This document shows positions 6,603 to 15,273 of a stretch of 64,000 nucleotides of DNA, one piece after another (position 1 is the first letter of the stretch; each line of letters opens with the position of its first letter). Origin of the DNA: Candidatus Nezhaarchaeota archaeon (GTDB lineage Archaea; Thermoproteota; Methanomethylicia; Nezhaarchaeales; WYZ-LMO8). Both the position numbers and the translations under genes were made by a program. Under the pieces are notes generated by a model, which was not told the DNA's origin, searched no databases, and worked only from the letters and a program-made list of their open reading frames with translations. The stretch lies in assembly GCA_030055465.1 (NCBI GenBank), contig JASFYF010000001.1:698447-762446 (forward strand), in the 5' to 3' direction.

Positions 6603-7724
6603 ATGCCGAGTAGTAAGGTTACTGTAAGCTTAATAAAGGCCGATGTTGGCTCGCTTTGTGGGCACCACGTTGTTCATCCGAAACAACTCGAAGTGGCGAG
6701 GAGAAGCCTTGAAGAGGCGAAGAGGAACGGCCTCATAATAGATTACTACGCCTTCAACTGCGGCGACGACCTTGAGTTGTTGATGACCCATAAAAAGGGG
6801 GAGAACTCCCCTGAAATCCACGGCCTGGCGTGGAACACCTTTAAGGAGGTTGTTGCAAAGGTTTCGAGACCCTTTAAGCTTTACGCTGCAGGCCAAGACC
6901 TCCTCATCGAAACGTTTTCAGGCAACGTGAAGGGCATGGGCCCCGGAGTTGCGGAGATGGAGATTGAGGAGAGGCCGAGCGAGCCGATAATAGTCTTAGC
7001 GGCTGACAAAACCGAGCCTGGCGCATGGAACTATCCTCTGTACAAGATGTTCGCGTCGCCGGACAATACCGCTGGGCTGGTCATAGATCCAAGCATGCAT
7101 GAAGGATTCATATTTAGAGTAATGGATGTGGTGGACGGCAAATACGTGGATTTAAGCTGCCCCGAGGAGATCTACACCCTTGTGGGGCTGCTCGGAACCC
7201 CCGGAAAGTACGTTGTCGAGAGGGTTTTCAGGAAAGCAGACAAGGCCATAGCCGCGGTGGCCAGCACCACTAGGCTTAACTTGATAGCCGGCAGATACGT
7301 TGGTAAGGACGACCCAGTCTTAATTGTTAGGGCCCAACACGGCTTCCCAGCCGTTGGCGAGGTTCTGGCGCCTTTCGGATACCCACATTTGGTTGCCGGG
7401 TGGATGAGGGGCTCGCATAATGGTCCGTTGATGCCAGTAAGCTTAAGGAACGCCCGTTGCACGTTCTTCGATGGGCCTCCTAGAGTTGTAGCTTTGGGAT
7501 TTCAGTTGGCCAATGGAGAGCTGATAGGCCTCTCCGGATCTGAGCCAGCCGACCTATTCGATGACCCGGCCTTTGACTTGGCCAGGAAAACGGCGATGAA
7601 AGTTGCGGACTACATGAGGAGGATGGGAGAGTTCATGCCTGCGAGGCTGGAACCTGAAGAACTAGAGTACACTACGCTGCCAAAGATACTCGACAAATTG
7701 AAGGATAGGTTCAAGAGCCTTTAA
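6603..7724 (+). CDS. fbp: Fructose-1,6-bisphosphate aldolase/phosphatase (class V FBPase)
   Basis: SLIKADVGS..GHH, GDDLEL, YAAGQDLL, GRYVGKDDP, GWMRGSH motifs. Confidence 0.97.
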   Translation: MPSSKVTVSLIKADVGSLCGHHVVHPKQLEVARRSLEEAKRNGLIIDYYAFNCGDDLELLMTHKKGENSPEIHGLAWNTFKEVVAKVSRPFKLYAAGQDLLIETFSGNVKGMGPGVAEMEIEERPSEPIIVLAADKTEPGAWNYPLYKMFASPDNTAGLVIDPSMHEGFIFRVMDVVDGKYVDLSCPEEIYTLVGLLGTPGKYVVERVFRKADKAIAAVASTTRLNLIAGRYVGKDDPVLIVRAQHGFPAVGEVLAPFGYPHLVAGWMRGSHNGPLMPVSLRNARCTFFDGPPRVVALGFQLANGELIGLSGSEPADLFDDPAFDLARKTAMKVADYMRRMGEFMPARLEPEELEYTTLPKILDKLKDRFKSL

Positions 7725-7920
7725 CTTCCTTCTCTTTCATTACGGTTAGGGCCCTAGCTATGGCCTTCCTAATGGCTCTTATCTTGCCTGGATTATCGAG
7801 GGGGGCCCCTGAAGCTTGCTGAGCCTTGAGCCTCATAAGTTCAGCTTTGAGATCCCGCAGCTTAGCGGTGAGCTCCTCACTCGTCATCTTCCTCGCGTCA
7901 CTAGCCCTCAGCACCGCCAC
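7711..7920 (-). CDS. rpl29: 50S ribosomal protein L29
   Basis: RKMTSEEL...NPGKIRAIRKAIARALT. Confidence 0.95.
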   Translation of the reverse strand: MAVLRASDARKMTSEELTAKLRDLKAELMRLKAQQASGAPLDNPGKIRAIRKAIARALTVMKEKEVKGS

Positions 7921-8542
7921 TACTCTCACCTTCTTTAACCTGGACTTTGCCTTTGTCCAGCTCTTCTATGGCGTTCCGCGCGTCCGGTAGAACTATCTTC
8001 ACTTTAACGCCTATCTTACCCTGCTTCATGTACGCGTGGCTGACCGCGATGTCGGCGTACTCTGAGGATATCTGTCCGGCCTTTACCACTATTCCCGAGC
8101 ACAGCTTCTCATACCTTGCACGCTCCGTCCTCAGTTTACCCTTTATTCTAATTTCGGCCCCCACTGCGCCGGCTTCCATTATCTGGTTCAACGCTATGTA
8201 AGCAGCCCTCCTAAAGTGGATTCCTCGTTCGAGGGCGCTTTTGATCCTCTGAGCCATTATCTTTGCGTTGAGCTCTGGTACCTCTATAGGGGCAACGCCT
8301 ATCTGCGGCCTCTCTATCCCAAATATCTTCTCGAATTTTTGGGTTAGCTCGTGAACCGTAGATCCGTGTCTTCCTATAACCATTCCAGGCCTTTCTGCAT
8401 ATATTGTTACGTTTGTGCCTAGAGGGGTTTTTTGGAGGTCAACCTTCACGTAGCCGGCCTTTTCGAGGTCCCTCTGAAGGAAGAAGTCAACGTCAAGCCT
8501 CTTGAGGCCCTTTATTATAAAGTTTTTTTCTATGTCAGGCAT
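7901..8542 (-). CDS. rps3: 30S ribosomal protein S3
   Basis: KH domain RPGMVIGRHG; PELNA; GKIGVKVKI. Confidence 0.96.
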   Translation of the reverse strand: MPDIEKNFIIKGLKRLDVDFFLQRDLEKAGYVKVDLQKTPLGTNVTIYAERPGMVIGRHGSTVHELTQKFEKIFGIERPQIGVAPIEVPELNAKIMAQRIKSALERGIHFRRAAYIALNQIMEAGAVGAEIRIKGKLRTERARYEKLCSGIVVKAGQISSEYADIAVSHAYMKQGKIGVKVKIVLPDARNAIEELDKGKVQVKEGESSGGAEG

Positions 8543-8603
8543 GCATTCACCTCATACACTTCAGGTGCAATAACTTCAGGCTGCTAAATATTAGGGTTGC
8601 TCC

Positions 8604-9065
8604 CTACACCTCCCTAACTGCTACCTCTATGTGGACAAGCTGCCTGAAGAAAGGCGTGGATCTGCCGAAGGCTCTGGGCACGTACTTTTTCATCAATGAA
8701 CCTTTATGGGCGGCTGCGTGAACTATCACGAGCTTTTCAACGTCGAGGCCCTTATTCTCAGCGTTTGCCTCCACGTTTCTCAGCACTTTCAGGACTTCCT
8801 TCACAACCCTTACGGGGTATCCTCCGCTGGGATAACCACTGATGCCGCCATGATGAGCGCGCTTCCTCCTGAATCTGGTGAATGGTATAATCACTTCGTT
8901 CTTGAGGACTCCTTCTAAGAGCTCCTTAGCCTGGCTTAATCGCTTCCCCTTTATGAAGCGGCACACCTCTACAGCTTTCTTCCAGCTGATCCTTAGATCC
9001 CTGCCGGCAGCCTTCGCCATCTTGTCCGGGTCGTATCCCTGCAACGCGTACCCAAACTCTGGCAT
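8604..9065 (-). CDS. rpl22: 50S ribosomal protein L22
   Basis: ISWKKAVEVCRFIKG...NAENKGLD...PRAFGR. Confidence 0.96.
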   Translation of the reverse strand: MPEFGYALQGYDPDKMAKAAGRDLRISWKKAVEVCRFIKGKRLSQAKELLEGVLKNEVIIPFTRFRRKRAHHGGISGYPSGGYPVRVVKEVLKVLRNVEANAENKGLDVEKLVIVHAAAHKGSLMKKYVPRAFGRSTPFFRQLVHIEVAVREV

Positions 9066-9182
9066 GGTTAATCCCCATTATTTGTGGGCTCAGTATTGGG
9101 AGAAAAAGCAAGCGCAGTCCTATAGGCTTTCCGCTAGCAACACTTATATAATTGAGGGAGCTAGGAAAACTCGAGTCAAGCT

Positions 9183-9575
9183 ATGTCAAGTAAGTTTGCG
9201 TACAGGGGTTACACGCTTAGCCAGCTGCTCGAAATGCCCATGGATGAATTCATAAAGCTGCTTCCATCAAGGCAGAGAAGGGCCCTTTTAAGGGGCTTCA
9301 GCGAGGAGAAGAAGAAGCTCCTCGAGAAGATAAGAGAGCTAAAAAGCGGGAAGAGATCCATCGTCAGGACCCACATCCGAGACATGGTTGTGCTGCCAGA
9401 GATGGTGGGGGCGACAATTCACGTGTACAACGGCAAGGAATTCATCCCCGTGGCGGTAACCGAAGAGATGGTAGGCCACTACATAGGCGAGTTCGCCCTT
9501 ACTTGCAAGAAGGTGGAGCACGGAGAACCTGGTTTAAGGGCCACCCGCAGCTCGATGTACGTACCGCTCAAATAG
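9183..9575 (+). CDS. rps19: 30S ribosomal protein S19 (inverted relative to its operon)
   Basis: FAYRG...[15 protein letters not shown]...GHYIGEF...[11 protein letters not shown]. Confidence 0.97.
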   Translation: MSSKFAYRGYTLSQLLEMPMDEFIKLLPSRQRRALLRGFSEEKKKLLEKIRELKSGKRSIVRTHIRDMVVLPEMVGATIHVYNGKEFIPVAVTEEMVGHYIGEFALTCKKVEHGEPGLRATRSSMYVPLK

Positions 9576-9748
9576 CAGCGTATGTTAAGGGCAGCCTCAT
9601 CGGCGCCCGCCCTACCTTGTCGGTCTATCCAGCATTTGAAGCGCCGAAAAGCAGGGCCCCCACGGCCTACTTGTTGCATGCGAGATCTCGAGCTCAAGAG
9701 GCTTAGCATCAACGGCTAGGGGCAGCTTAGACCAAAACGTTGTAGCTC

Positions 9749-10468
9749 TTACTTTCTTCTTCCAGTTCTCCTGCTTGATATATGTCCTACCTTTGCTCCA
9801 GGCGGCGTGCCGTGGGTTACAGGCGTACCTCCTTTGGGGTGCGAGCCTCCTCCGTGCGGGTGCGCGTAAGCGCCCATTGCCTTCCCTCTAACCTCTGGGT
9901 ACTTCCAAGCCTTAACTTTAGATAGGTGGTACTTTGCACCAGCCTTCACGAAGGGCTTCTCTGTTCTGCCTCCACCAGCAGCTACACCTATCGTGGCCCT
10001 TGCAAATCCGCTTATAAGCCTCGTCTTGCCTGATGGTAGGCTAACGTATACGTTGTTGCCTGCGTGGCCTAGCACTACAGCATAGCAGCCGGAGCTGCGA
10101 ACTATGCGTCCGCCATCACCGTAATCCAGCTCCACGTTGAACACCTTAGTGCCGTCAGGCACGCTCTTAAGCGGCAGGATGTTGCCCGGGGCAAGCTCGG
10201 CTTTGCCTCCCACCTGGATCCTCTGGCCTTCTTTCAGCCTCTCCGCAGCTATGTTGTAGAACTTTAGTCCGTTGGATAGCTTTATGAGCGCCAGCGGTAC
10301 ACCTCTTCCAGGATCGTGAAGGATGGCCTCAACCCTTCCCTCCAAGGTTTCTTCAGTATCTTTGCTTCCCAAGTTGGGGTACTTGGCGGGCCCTATATGA
10401 ATCCACCGCGGGGAGGTGAAGACTGAGCCTCCACGCCCTTTACGTTGGGCGAGTATGCGCTTGCCCAT
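9749..10468 (-). CDS. rpl2: 50S ribosomal protein L2
   Basis: MGKRILAQRKGRG, HDPGRG, HPHGGG motifs. Confidence 0.97.
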   Translation of the reverse strand: MGKRILAQRKGRGGSVFTSPRWIHIGPAKYPNLGSKDTEETLEGRVEAILHDPGRGVPLALIKLSNGLKFYNIAAERLKEGQRIQVGGKAELAPGNILPLKSVPDGTKVFNVELDYGDGGRIVRSSGCYAVVLGHAGNNVYVSLPSGKTRLISGFARATIGVAAGGGRTEKPFVKAGAKYHLSKVKAWKYPEVRGKAMGAYAHPHGGGSHPKGGTPVTHGTPPGAKVGHISSRRTGRRK

Positions 10469-10484
10469 ATTACATCACCATAAA

Positions 10485-10763
10485 TTACAGTATTCCGAGC
10501 TTGACTGCTACCTCCGAGGCTTTATACTCTGGCTTCAGCCTTACGTAGGCCTTCTTTTCTCCTCTAGCAGTCACCATTATGTTTACCTTTTCAACTTTAA
10601 CGTTAAACAAATGTTCCACGGCCTCCTTTACCAATGGCTTGTTGGCCCCCATGTCTACCATGAATGTTAACGTGTTGTTCTTCTCCACGAGTGACAACGC
10701 CTTTTCAGACATTAGTGGCCTTAAAACCACGTCGTAGTATTTTAGATCTCCAGCCTTCTCCAC
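10485..10763 (-). CDS. rpl23: 50S ribosomal protein L23
   Basis: PLMSEKA...VKVEKVN...KKAYVRL. Confidence 0.96.
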   Translation of the reverse strand: MEKAGDLKYYDVVLRPLMSEKALSLVEKNNTLTFMVDMGANKPLVKEAVEHLFNVKVEKVNIMVTARGEKKAYVRLKPEYKASEVAVKLGIL

Positions 10764-10767
10764 GCCG

Positions 10768-11562
10768 TTAAACCTCCTTCACCATTTTCCTTATGGCCTC
10801 CTCGCTCCAGACGGTTAGGCGGCCCGGGACGCCTCCAGGAGCCAAGTGCATAACGGACAGATTGCCTACGTAAGCAACTGTGACTCCGGGCAAGTTCCTG
10901 AAAGCCTTTGCAGCCTTACATTTTCCCGAGAGGACCACGAGCAGGCTCCTTCCTTCCTTATACCTTCTTCCCCTCATTTTACCTTTACCGGCCCTCACCT
11001 TGACCCTTTCGCGCACCCGCAACACGTCACTCCATAATCCCAGCTTCACCAGGAGCTCCCTTGCCTGCCTTGTTTCTTCCAGGTCTTCCACGTCCTTCTT
11101 TAAGATTATTGGCAAAGCCAGCTTCTCTGAGAGAATGTGCCCCCTCTTAAGGACCAGCTCCCTATTGGCTGTTGCCGCTATAGCCGAGGTTATTGCCAAC
11201 TTCTTCTCCTTCTTGTTTATTCTTTCGCGAATGACCTTTTCGACGCAAGGAGCATGCGCTCTCCTACCGCCCACAGCCATGGTCACGAAGGCAGCGTGCG
11301 CGGCTTTCGGGTACCTTCCCCCCTTCACTCTGGGCACCCTTGCAACTCCGTGGCCGACGCCCCAGCTCTCGGCCGTAGTCCGCTTGCCGGCCATGGGATC
11401 TCTTCCTTGAGGTTGAATCCTCGCGGTGAACGCTGCGAGGTAGGCACGCTTGATAATGTCTTCCCTGACCTCACAGGCGAAGACTTCTGGGACTCCTATC
11501 CTGCCTGCCTCGTTTCCTTCGAGGTCGTAGACTGGCACCAGTTTGCCTTCACTCAACTTCAA
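10768..11562 (-). CDS. rpl4: 50S ribosomal protein L4
   Basis: [30 protein letters not shown]. Confidence 0.96.
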   Translation of the reverse strand: MKLSEGKLVPVYDLEGNEAGRIGVPEVFACEVREDIIKRAYLAAFTARIQPQGRDPMAGKRTTAESWGVGHGVARVPRVKGGRYPKAAHAAFVTMAVGGRRAHAPCVEKVIRERINKKEKKLAITSAIAATANRELVLKRGHILSEKLALPIILKKDVEDLEETRQARELLVKLGLWSDVLRVRERVKVRAGKGKMRGRRYKEGRSLLVVLSGKCKAAKAFRNLPGVTVAYVGNLSVMHLAPGGVPGRLTVWSEEAIRKMVKEV

Positions 11563-12572
11563 CCACCCTGTTTAGAATCGAGGTTTACCTCCACGATTTT
11601 GGGGGCCGTTGTTGGAGGGCTTCGGGGGGGCCTAATAGCATACCTAAGCTTCACCAATCTGCCTTTGGGGCCGGGTATTGATCCGAGCATCATTATGTAC
11701 TGCCCCCTGACAATTCCATAGTTTACGAATCCCCCCTTCACCGTAACGCTAAAGCCATCGTCACCTATGTCCAGTATCCTTTTATTGTACTCAGTCCTCT
11801 GATGGAAGCCCAGCTGGCCTGGTCTCGGAATGCTGTAGGTCATGTTCGGATGTCTTGGTCCAACGCTTCCTATCCTCCGATGCCCTTTACGGTGTTTATG
11901 CCATCGGGGCATCACCTTCACGCCGTAACGCCTCACAACCCCTTGAAAGCCTTTGCCTTTGCTTACAGTGGTCACGTCGACGTACTGGCCGGCCTTGAAC
12001 ACATCGGTGGCCTTAACGTCTTTGCCAAGAATCGATAGCGCGTAATCCCAAGCTTCCCGGGCGCTTCGAGCTCCAACCTTTATCTCCATTATCTCAGGAG
12101 TCTTTTTCCTCAACCCGGAGAGCCTGGGCCTTGTGCACGCCAGCACCCTTACTTCGGAGGCCCTTTCAAGCATTTCCTGCGCTTTCGCCATGGCCCTTTC
12201 CTTGTCGTAACTTCCAGGTAGAGGAGCCCTCCTTTTCAGATCTGCAGGGCAATTATCTGCAAGAACTTCACATATGCTCTTTAAGCCCTCAGGGGTTCTG
12301 GAATAAAGCCTCACCCCGAAGACGAAGATGGGTGGGGCATCAAGTATTGTCACTGCCCTAACCCTCTCCCTGCCGTAGAATGGGCTCGTAGCCCTATCTT
12401 CAACGATAACCGCATGCGTCATGCCGGCCTTATAGGCCGCAAAGCCGAGCAGCTGTGGTTTTTCAGCTGGCAGCTCAGGCCAGCTTCTAATCCTGGCGAC
12501 TATTGATCTAGCCCTCACCCTTGGGTAAAAGCTTAATGAGCCTCTGCGAGGTGCGTGAACTCCACGTCCCAA
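11559..12572 (-). CDS. rpl3: 50S ribosomal protein L3
   Basis: HAPRRGSL, YKAGMTH, KGKGFQG, GQLGFHQRTEYNK; TTG start chosen by RBS. Confidence 0.96.
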   Translation of the reverse strand: MGRGVHAPRRGSLSFYPRVRARSIVARIRSWPELPAEKPQLLGFAAYKAGMTHAVIVEDRATSPFYGRERVRAVTILDAPPIFVFGVRLYSRTPEGLKSICEVLADNCPADLKRRAPLPGSYDKERAMAKAQEMLERASEVRVLACTRPRLSGLRKKTPEIMEIKVGARSAREAWDYALSILGKDVKATDVFKAGQYVDVTTVSKGKGFQGVVRRYGVKVMPRWHKHRKGHRRIGSVGPRHPNMTYSIPRPGQLGFHQRTEYNKRILDIGDDGFSVTVKGGFVNYGIVRGQYIMMLGSIPGPKGRLVKLRYAIRPPRSPPTTAPKIVEVNLDSKQGG

Positions 12573-12923
12573 TTTGAAACCCCTCAAACTGTGGCTAACG
12601 AGGTTTTGGAGAGTAAGACGTGTGCCCCTATTTTAATTTTTTATTTCCATATCGATGTAATCTGAGCCCGCTAGCATCAGCAGCCCTCTAGGATCCCTCA
12701 AAATGCGGGTTGGCGGCCCTCACTTCTTGAATTTCTGCTGGCATTGATGGTAGCCGGAGCCCTAAGAGATGCCGTTAAGTAGGTGCATGGACCCCATAGC
12801 ATTGACGTTGCATTGTCAGCTGCGTGGAGCGCAGCTCAAATAGACGTGAAAGAGACGACGCTAAACTTCCAGGGAACTAATCGAGAAGCCCCTAGGGTCT
12901 TAGTGAGGGACCTGCACGTGCAT

Positions 12924-13802
12924 TTAGGAATTTTTAGGTGCTTTGGGGCCGTGTGCTTCATATAAGAACCTTAATATGGCCAACGTCGCGCAGAGTGCCT
13001 CCTCAACCCTGACGGTCTTAGTGCCTTGACCTGGTAAGAAATTTAATGTGAAGTCCACGCATTCCTCCAGATTAAATCCCTCCGCTTTCGCTATATCGTA
13101 AAGCCCGGTAAAGGGCGAACCAAACAAGAGCACTACGTTGCCTTCCCGCTTCGTAATGATGTCTGCCACCTTAAGCGCTTCGTCGTGTACGCGTTTACCG
13201 TACCTCGAAGTTGCTATGATTGCCGCTACTCCTTTAAACAACTCTATAAGCTTCCTCAGACCTACATCCTTCGCCTCAACCTTGAACCCGAAGTAGTGGG
13301 GGACGTCGCTCCTATCCACCAGCTCCGCTTTTAACGCCGCGCCATCCTTAGAAAGCCTCAACACAACCCTGTCTCCACGGCGCAGGCTAGCATCCAAATT
13401 CAAGCTAACGCATCTTTCAAGGCCCACGTCCACGATGTATCGGTTTCCTCTTCTTCGCCCTAGGACTAGCCCCTCCCTGTATGAGATTTCCGGGAGATCC
13501 CGGATTCCCCTTTCTAGCGGGTGATTGGGCGTGTTGAGTGGAGGCATGAGCCCGGCATACTTTAAGTCCGGGTCCAGCCTGAAGACCCTCTTTCTCAAGT
13601 ACTGGGGGCAAGCTATGTAGTTGAAGAGCTTTGAAAGCAAGGGCCTTTCGTCGAGATTGCTGGTTTTATCTACGTACAACACAAGCTCTTCAACCCTGAA
13701 AACTGAGAGGACTCGAGCTATGAACCCTACCTTCATTGTCTTCTCAGCTAGGGATGCGCTCTCGGCCGTTAACGTTGAGGGAAGGGCAACCGTTATTCTC
13801 AA
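12924..13802 (-). CDS. SPOUT RNA methyltransferase (MTH1/C9orf114 family)
   Basis: PQYLRK..F...LKYAGLMPPL..P.H; NFLPGQGTKTVRVEEA; usual position upstream of rpl3. Confidence 0.92.
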   Translation of the reverse strand: MRITVALPSTLTAESASLAEKTMKVGFIARVLSVFRVEELVLYVDKTSNLDERPLLSKLFNYIACPQYLRKRVFRLDPDLKYAGLMPPLNTPNHPLERGIRDLPEISYREGLVLGRRRGNRYIVDVGLERCVSLNLDASLRRGDRVVLRLSKDGAALKAELVDRSDVPHYFGFKVEAKDVGLRKLIELFKGVAAIIATSRYGKRVHDEALKVADIITKREGNVVLLFGSPFTGLYDIAKAEGFNLEECVDFTLNFLPGQGTKTVRVEEALCATLAILRFLYEAHGPKAPKNS

Positions 13803-13855
13803 CTTTCTCAGCTCTCAGCATTAAAGATAAATCCCACCGGTACAAGAATTTTAGC

Positions 13856-13914
13856 GGCCGATGAAGAGCTTGCCGAGTGTTGAGCACGTGAAAGACCATT
13901 CATGGACTGAGGCC
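13856..13914 (+). ncRNA. Box C/D guide sRNA 2
   Basis: GGCC/GGCC terminal stem; C ATGAAGA 13861-67; 12-nt guide; D' TTGA 13880-83; C' GTGAAAGA 13888-95; 11-nt guide; D CTGA 13907-10. Confidence 0.8.
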
Positions 13915-13936
13915 TTAAGCACGCGTGGTGGCCTTG

Positions 13937-14674
13937 ATGGTGGGCTTCATATCTCGCAAGGCAGTTGTAAAGACCCCGCTTGTGTCTTCAACCGCTAAGA
14001 TCTACGGTGCCAGCGTGGTATGCGAGGGCAGCGTTGTTGATGACATGGTTGTGCTCGGGTACCCCAAGCGCCAGGGACTTATGAACGCATTGAAGCAGGG
14101 CGGCGCCCAAAGAACATTAGAGTCCCTGCTGGATGAGGCGAGTGGAGGATGCAAGGTGGGTAAAGGCTGCGTCTTGCGCAGCGGCTCCATAATTTACGAG
14201 GCTACAGAGGTATCTGATGAAGTCCAGTTTGGGCACTACGTGCTTGTCCGAGAAGACACGAAGATAGGCAGCGGCTCGCTTATAGGGTCCTACAGCGTAA
14301 TAGAGGGATCGTGCAGCATAGGCAGCAGGGTCAACGTACAGTCGAACGTGTTCATACCTAGGGAGACCGTGATAGAAGATGGCGTATTTCTAGGGCCTAA
14401 CGTCGTCATAACGAATGACAGGTACCCGCCAAGCGGAAGGCTGGTTTGCACTCGGATTTGCAGGGGAGCCGTGGTATCGGCGAATGCGATAATAATAGCG
14501 GGCGTCAGCGTAGGGGCCGACTCCTTCGTGGCGGCTGGGAGCATCGTCACTAAAGATGTGCCAGAGGGATGCGCTGTGAGAGGGGTGCCGGCGAGACCGT
14601 TTAGCACAACACGAGAGATCCTCAAGAAGAGGGAGGAATACCTTAAAGAAGGGAGCTGTAGGCCTCCACGCTAA
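13937..14674 (+). CDS. Hexapeptide-repeat (left-handed beta-helix) acyltransferase
   Basis: Repeated IGxxxx units; FLGPNVVITND; AGSIVTKDVP...GVPAR. Confidence 0.9.
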   Translation: MVGFISRKAVVKTPLVSSTAKIYGASVVCEGSVVDDMVVLGYPKRQGLMNALKQGGAQRTLESLLDEASGGCKVGKGCVLRSGSIIYEATEVSDEVQFGHYVLVREDTKIGSGSLIGSYSVIEGSCSIGSRVNVQSNVFIPRETVIEDGVFLGPNVVITNDRYPPSGRLVCTRICRGAVVSANAIIIAGVSVGADSFVAAGSIVTKDVPEGCAVRGVPARPFSTTREILKKREEYLKEGSCRPPR

Positions 14675-15096
14675 ATGTCCAACACGAACCTTATGACGCA
14701 GAGCCCCGGCCCCTCCCTTATCTCCATTAAGTGGTAGGTTGCAGCCTTCACCGCGCGCATCGACGTGTGGCGCTTGGGATCGTATTTTTCACCCAGCACA
14801 GCTGCTTTAAGCCTGAAGCCGTCATCAACCTTGGCTATCTCCTCAACTGTGACCTCCGAACCCAAGAAACCTTTGGCATCGAAGAGGTATAGGAGCTCTT
14901 CAAGCCAATTGTAAAGCAAAGAGTGAAGGTCGAATCCGTTGACTTCAACGTCCACCTTTTCCAAGGGCTTAACTCTACCTATGTCTGTCATAACTCTGTA
15001 GAGCGCCTTCCCGCAAAGCGAAAATGCCTCTCTAAGCGTTTCAGCTGTAACCTCCACGTATACGTCGGCAGGGTGGTCGAGGAACCTTATGCTCAA
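14671..15096 (-). CDS. Archease
   Basis: FLDHPADV...VKAATYH...FVLDI. Confidence 0.95.
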   Translation of the reverse strand: MSIRFLDHPADVYVEVTAETLREAFSLCGKALYRVMTDIGRVKPLEKVDVEVNGFDLHSLLYNWLEELLYLFDAKGFLGSEVTVEEIAKVDDGFRLKAAVLGEKYDPKRHTSMRAVKAATYHLMEIREGPGLCVIRFVLDI

Positions 15097-15136
15097 GCTT
15101 CGAGACCCCTTTTCTCCGCTTCACGTGCATCTTCAT

Positions 15137-15224
15137 TGGCGCCGGGAGCGGGATTCGAACCCGCGAGGCCCAAAGGGCCACCAGCTCTCAAGGCTGGCGC
15201 CTTGGTCCACTCGGCCATCCCGGC
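15137..15224 (-). tRNA. tRNA-Ser(UGA), intronless, CCA encoded
   Basis: GCCGGGA/TCCCGGC acceptor stem, CCAGC-CTTGAGA-GCTGG anticodon arm, long variable arm, GGTTCGAATCC T arm. Confidence 0.97.
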
Positions 15225-15273
15225 TTAGATAGCTCAAGCTTATTTCTGGCTAAAAGCTTTCCCCCTTAATGGT

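Noticed and set aside
15093..15136. Possible C/D sRNA directly after tRNA-Ser CCA (ATGAAGA...CGGA...TTGA, minus strand)
   Set aside because: Only 44 nt, no recognisable C' box or terminal stem; TTGA is the archease start. Worth revisiting only with RNA-seq
15097..15273. tRNA-Ser as an integration site for a provirus or island
   Set aside because: No integrase or duplicated tRNA 3' end seen; flanks are housekeeping genes
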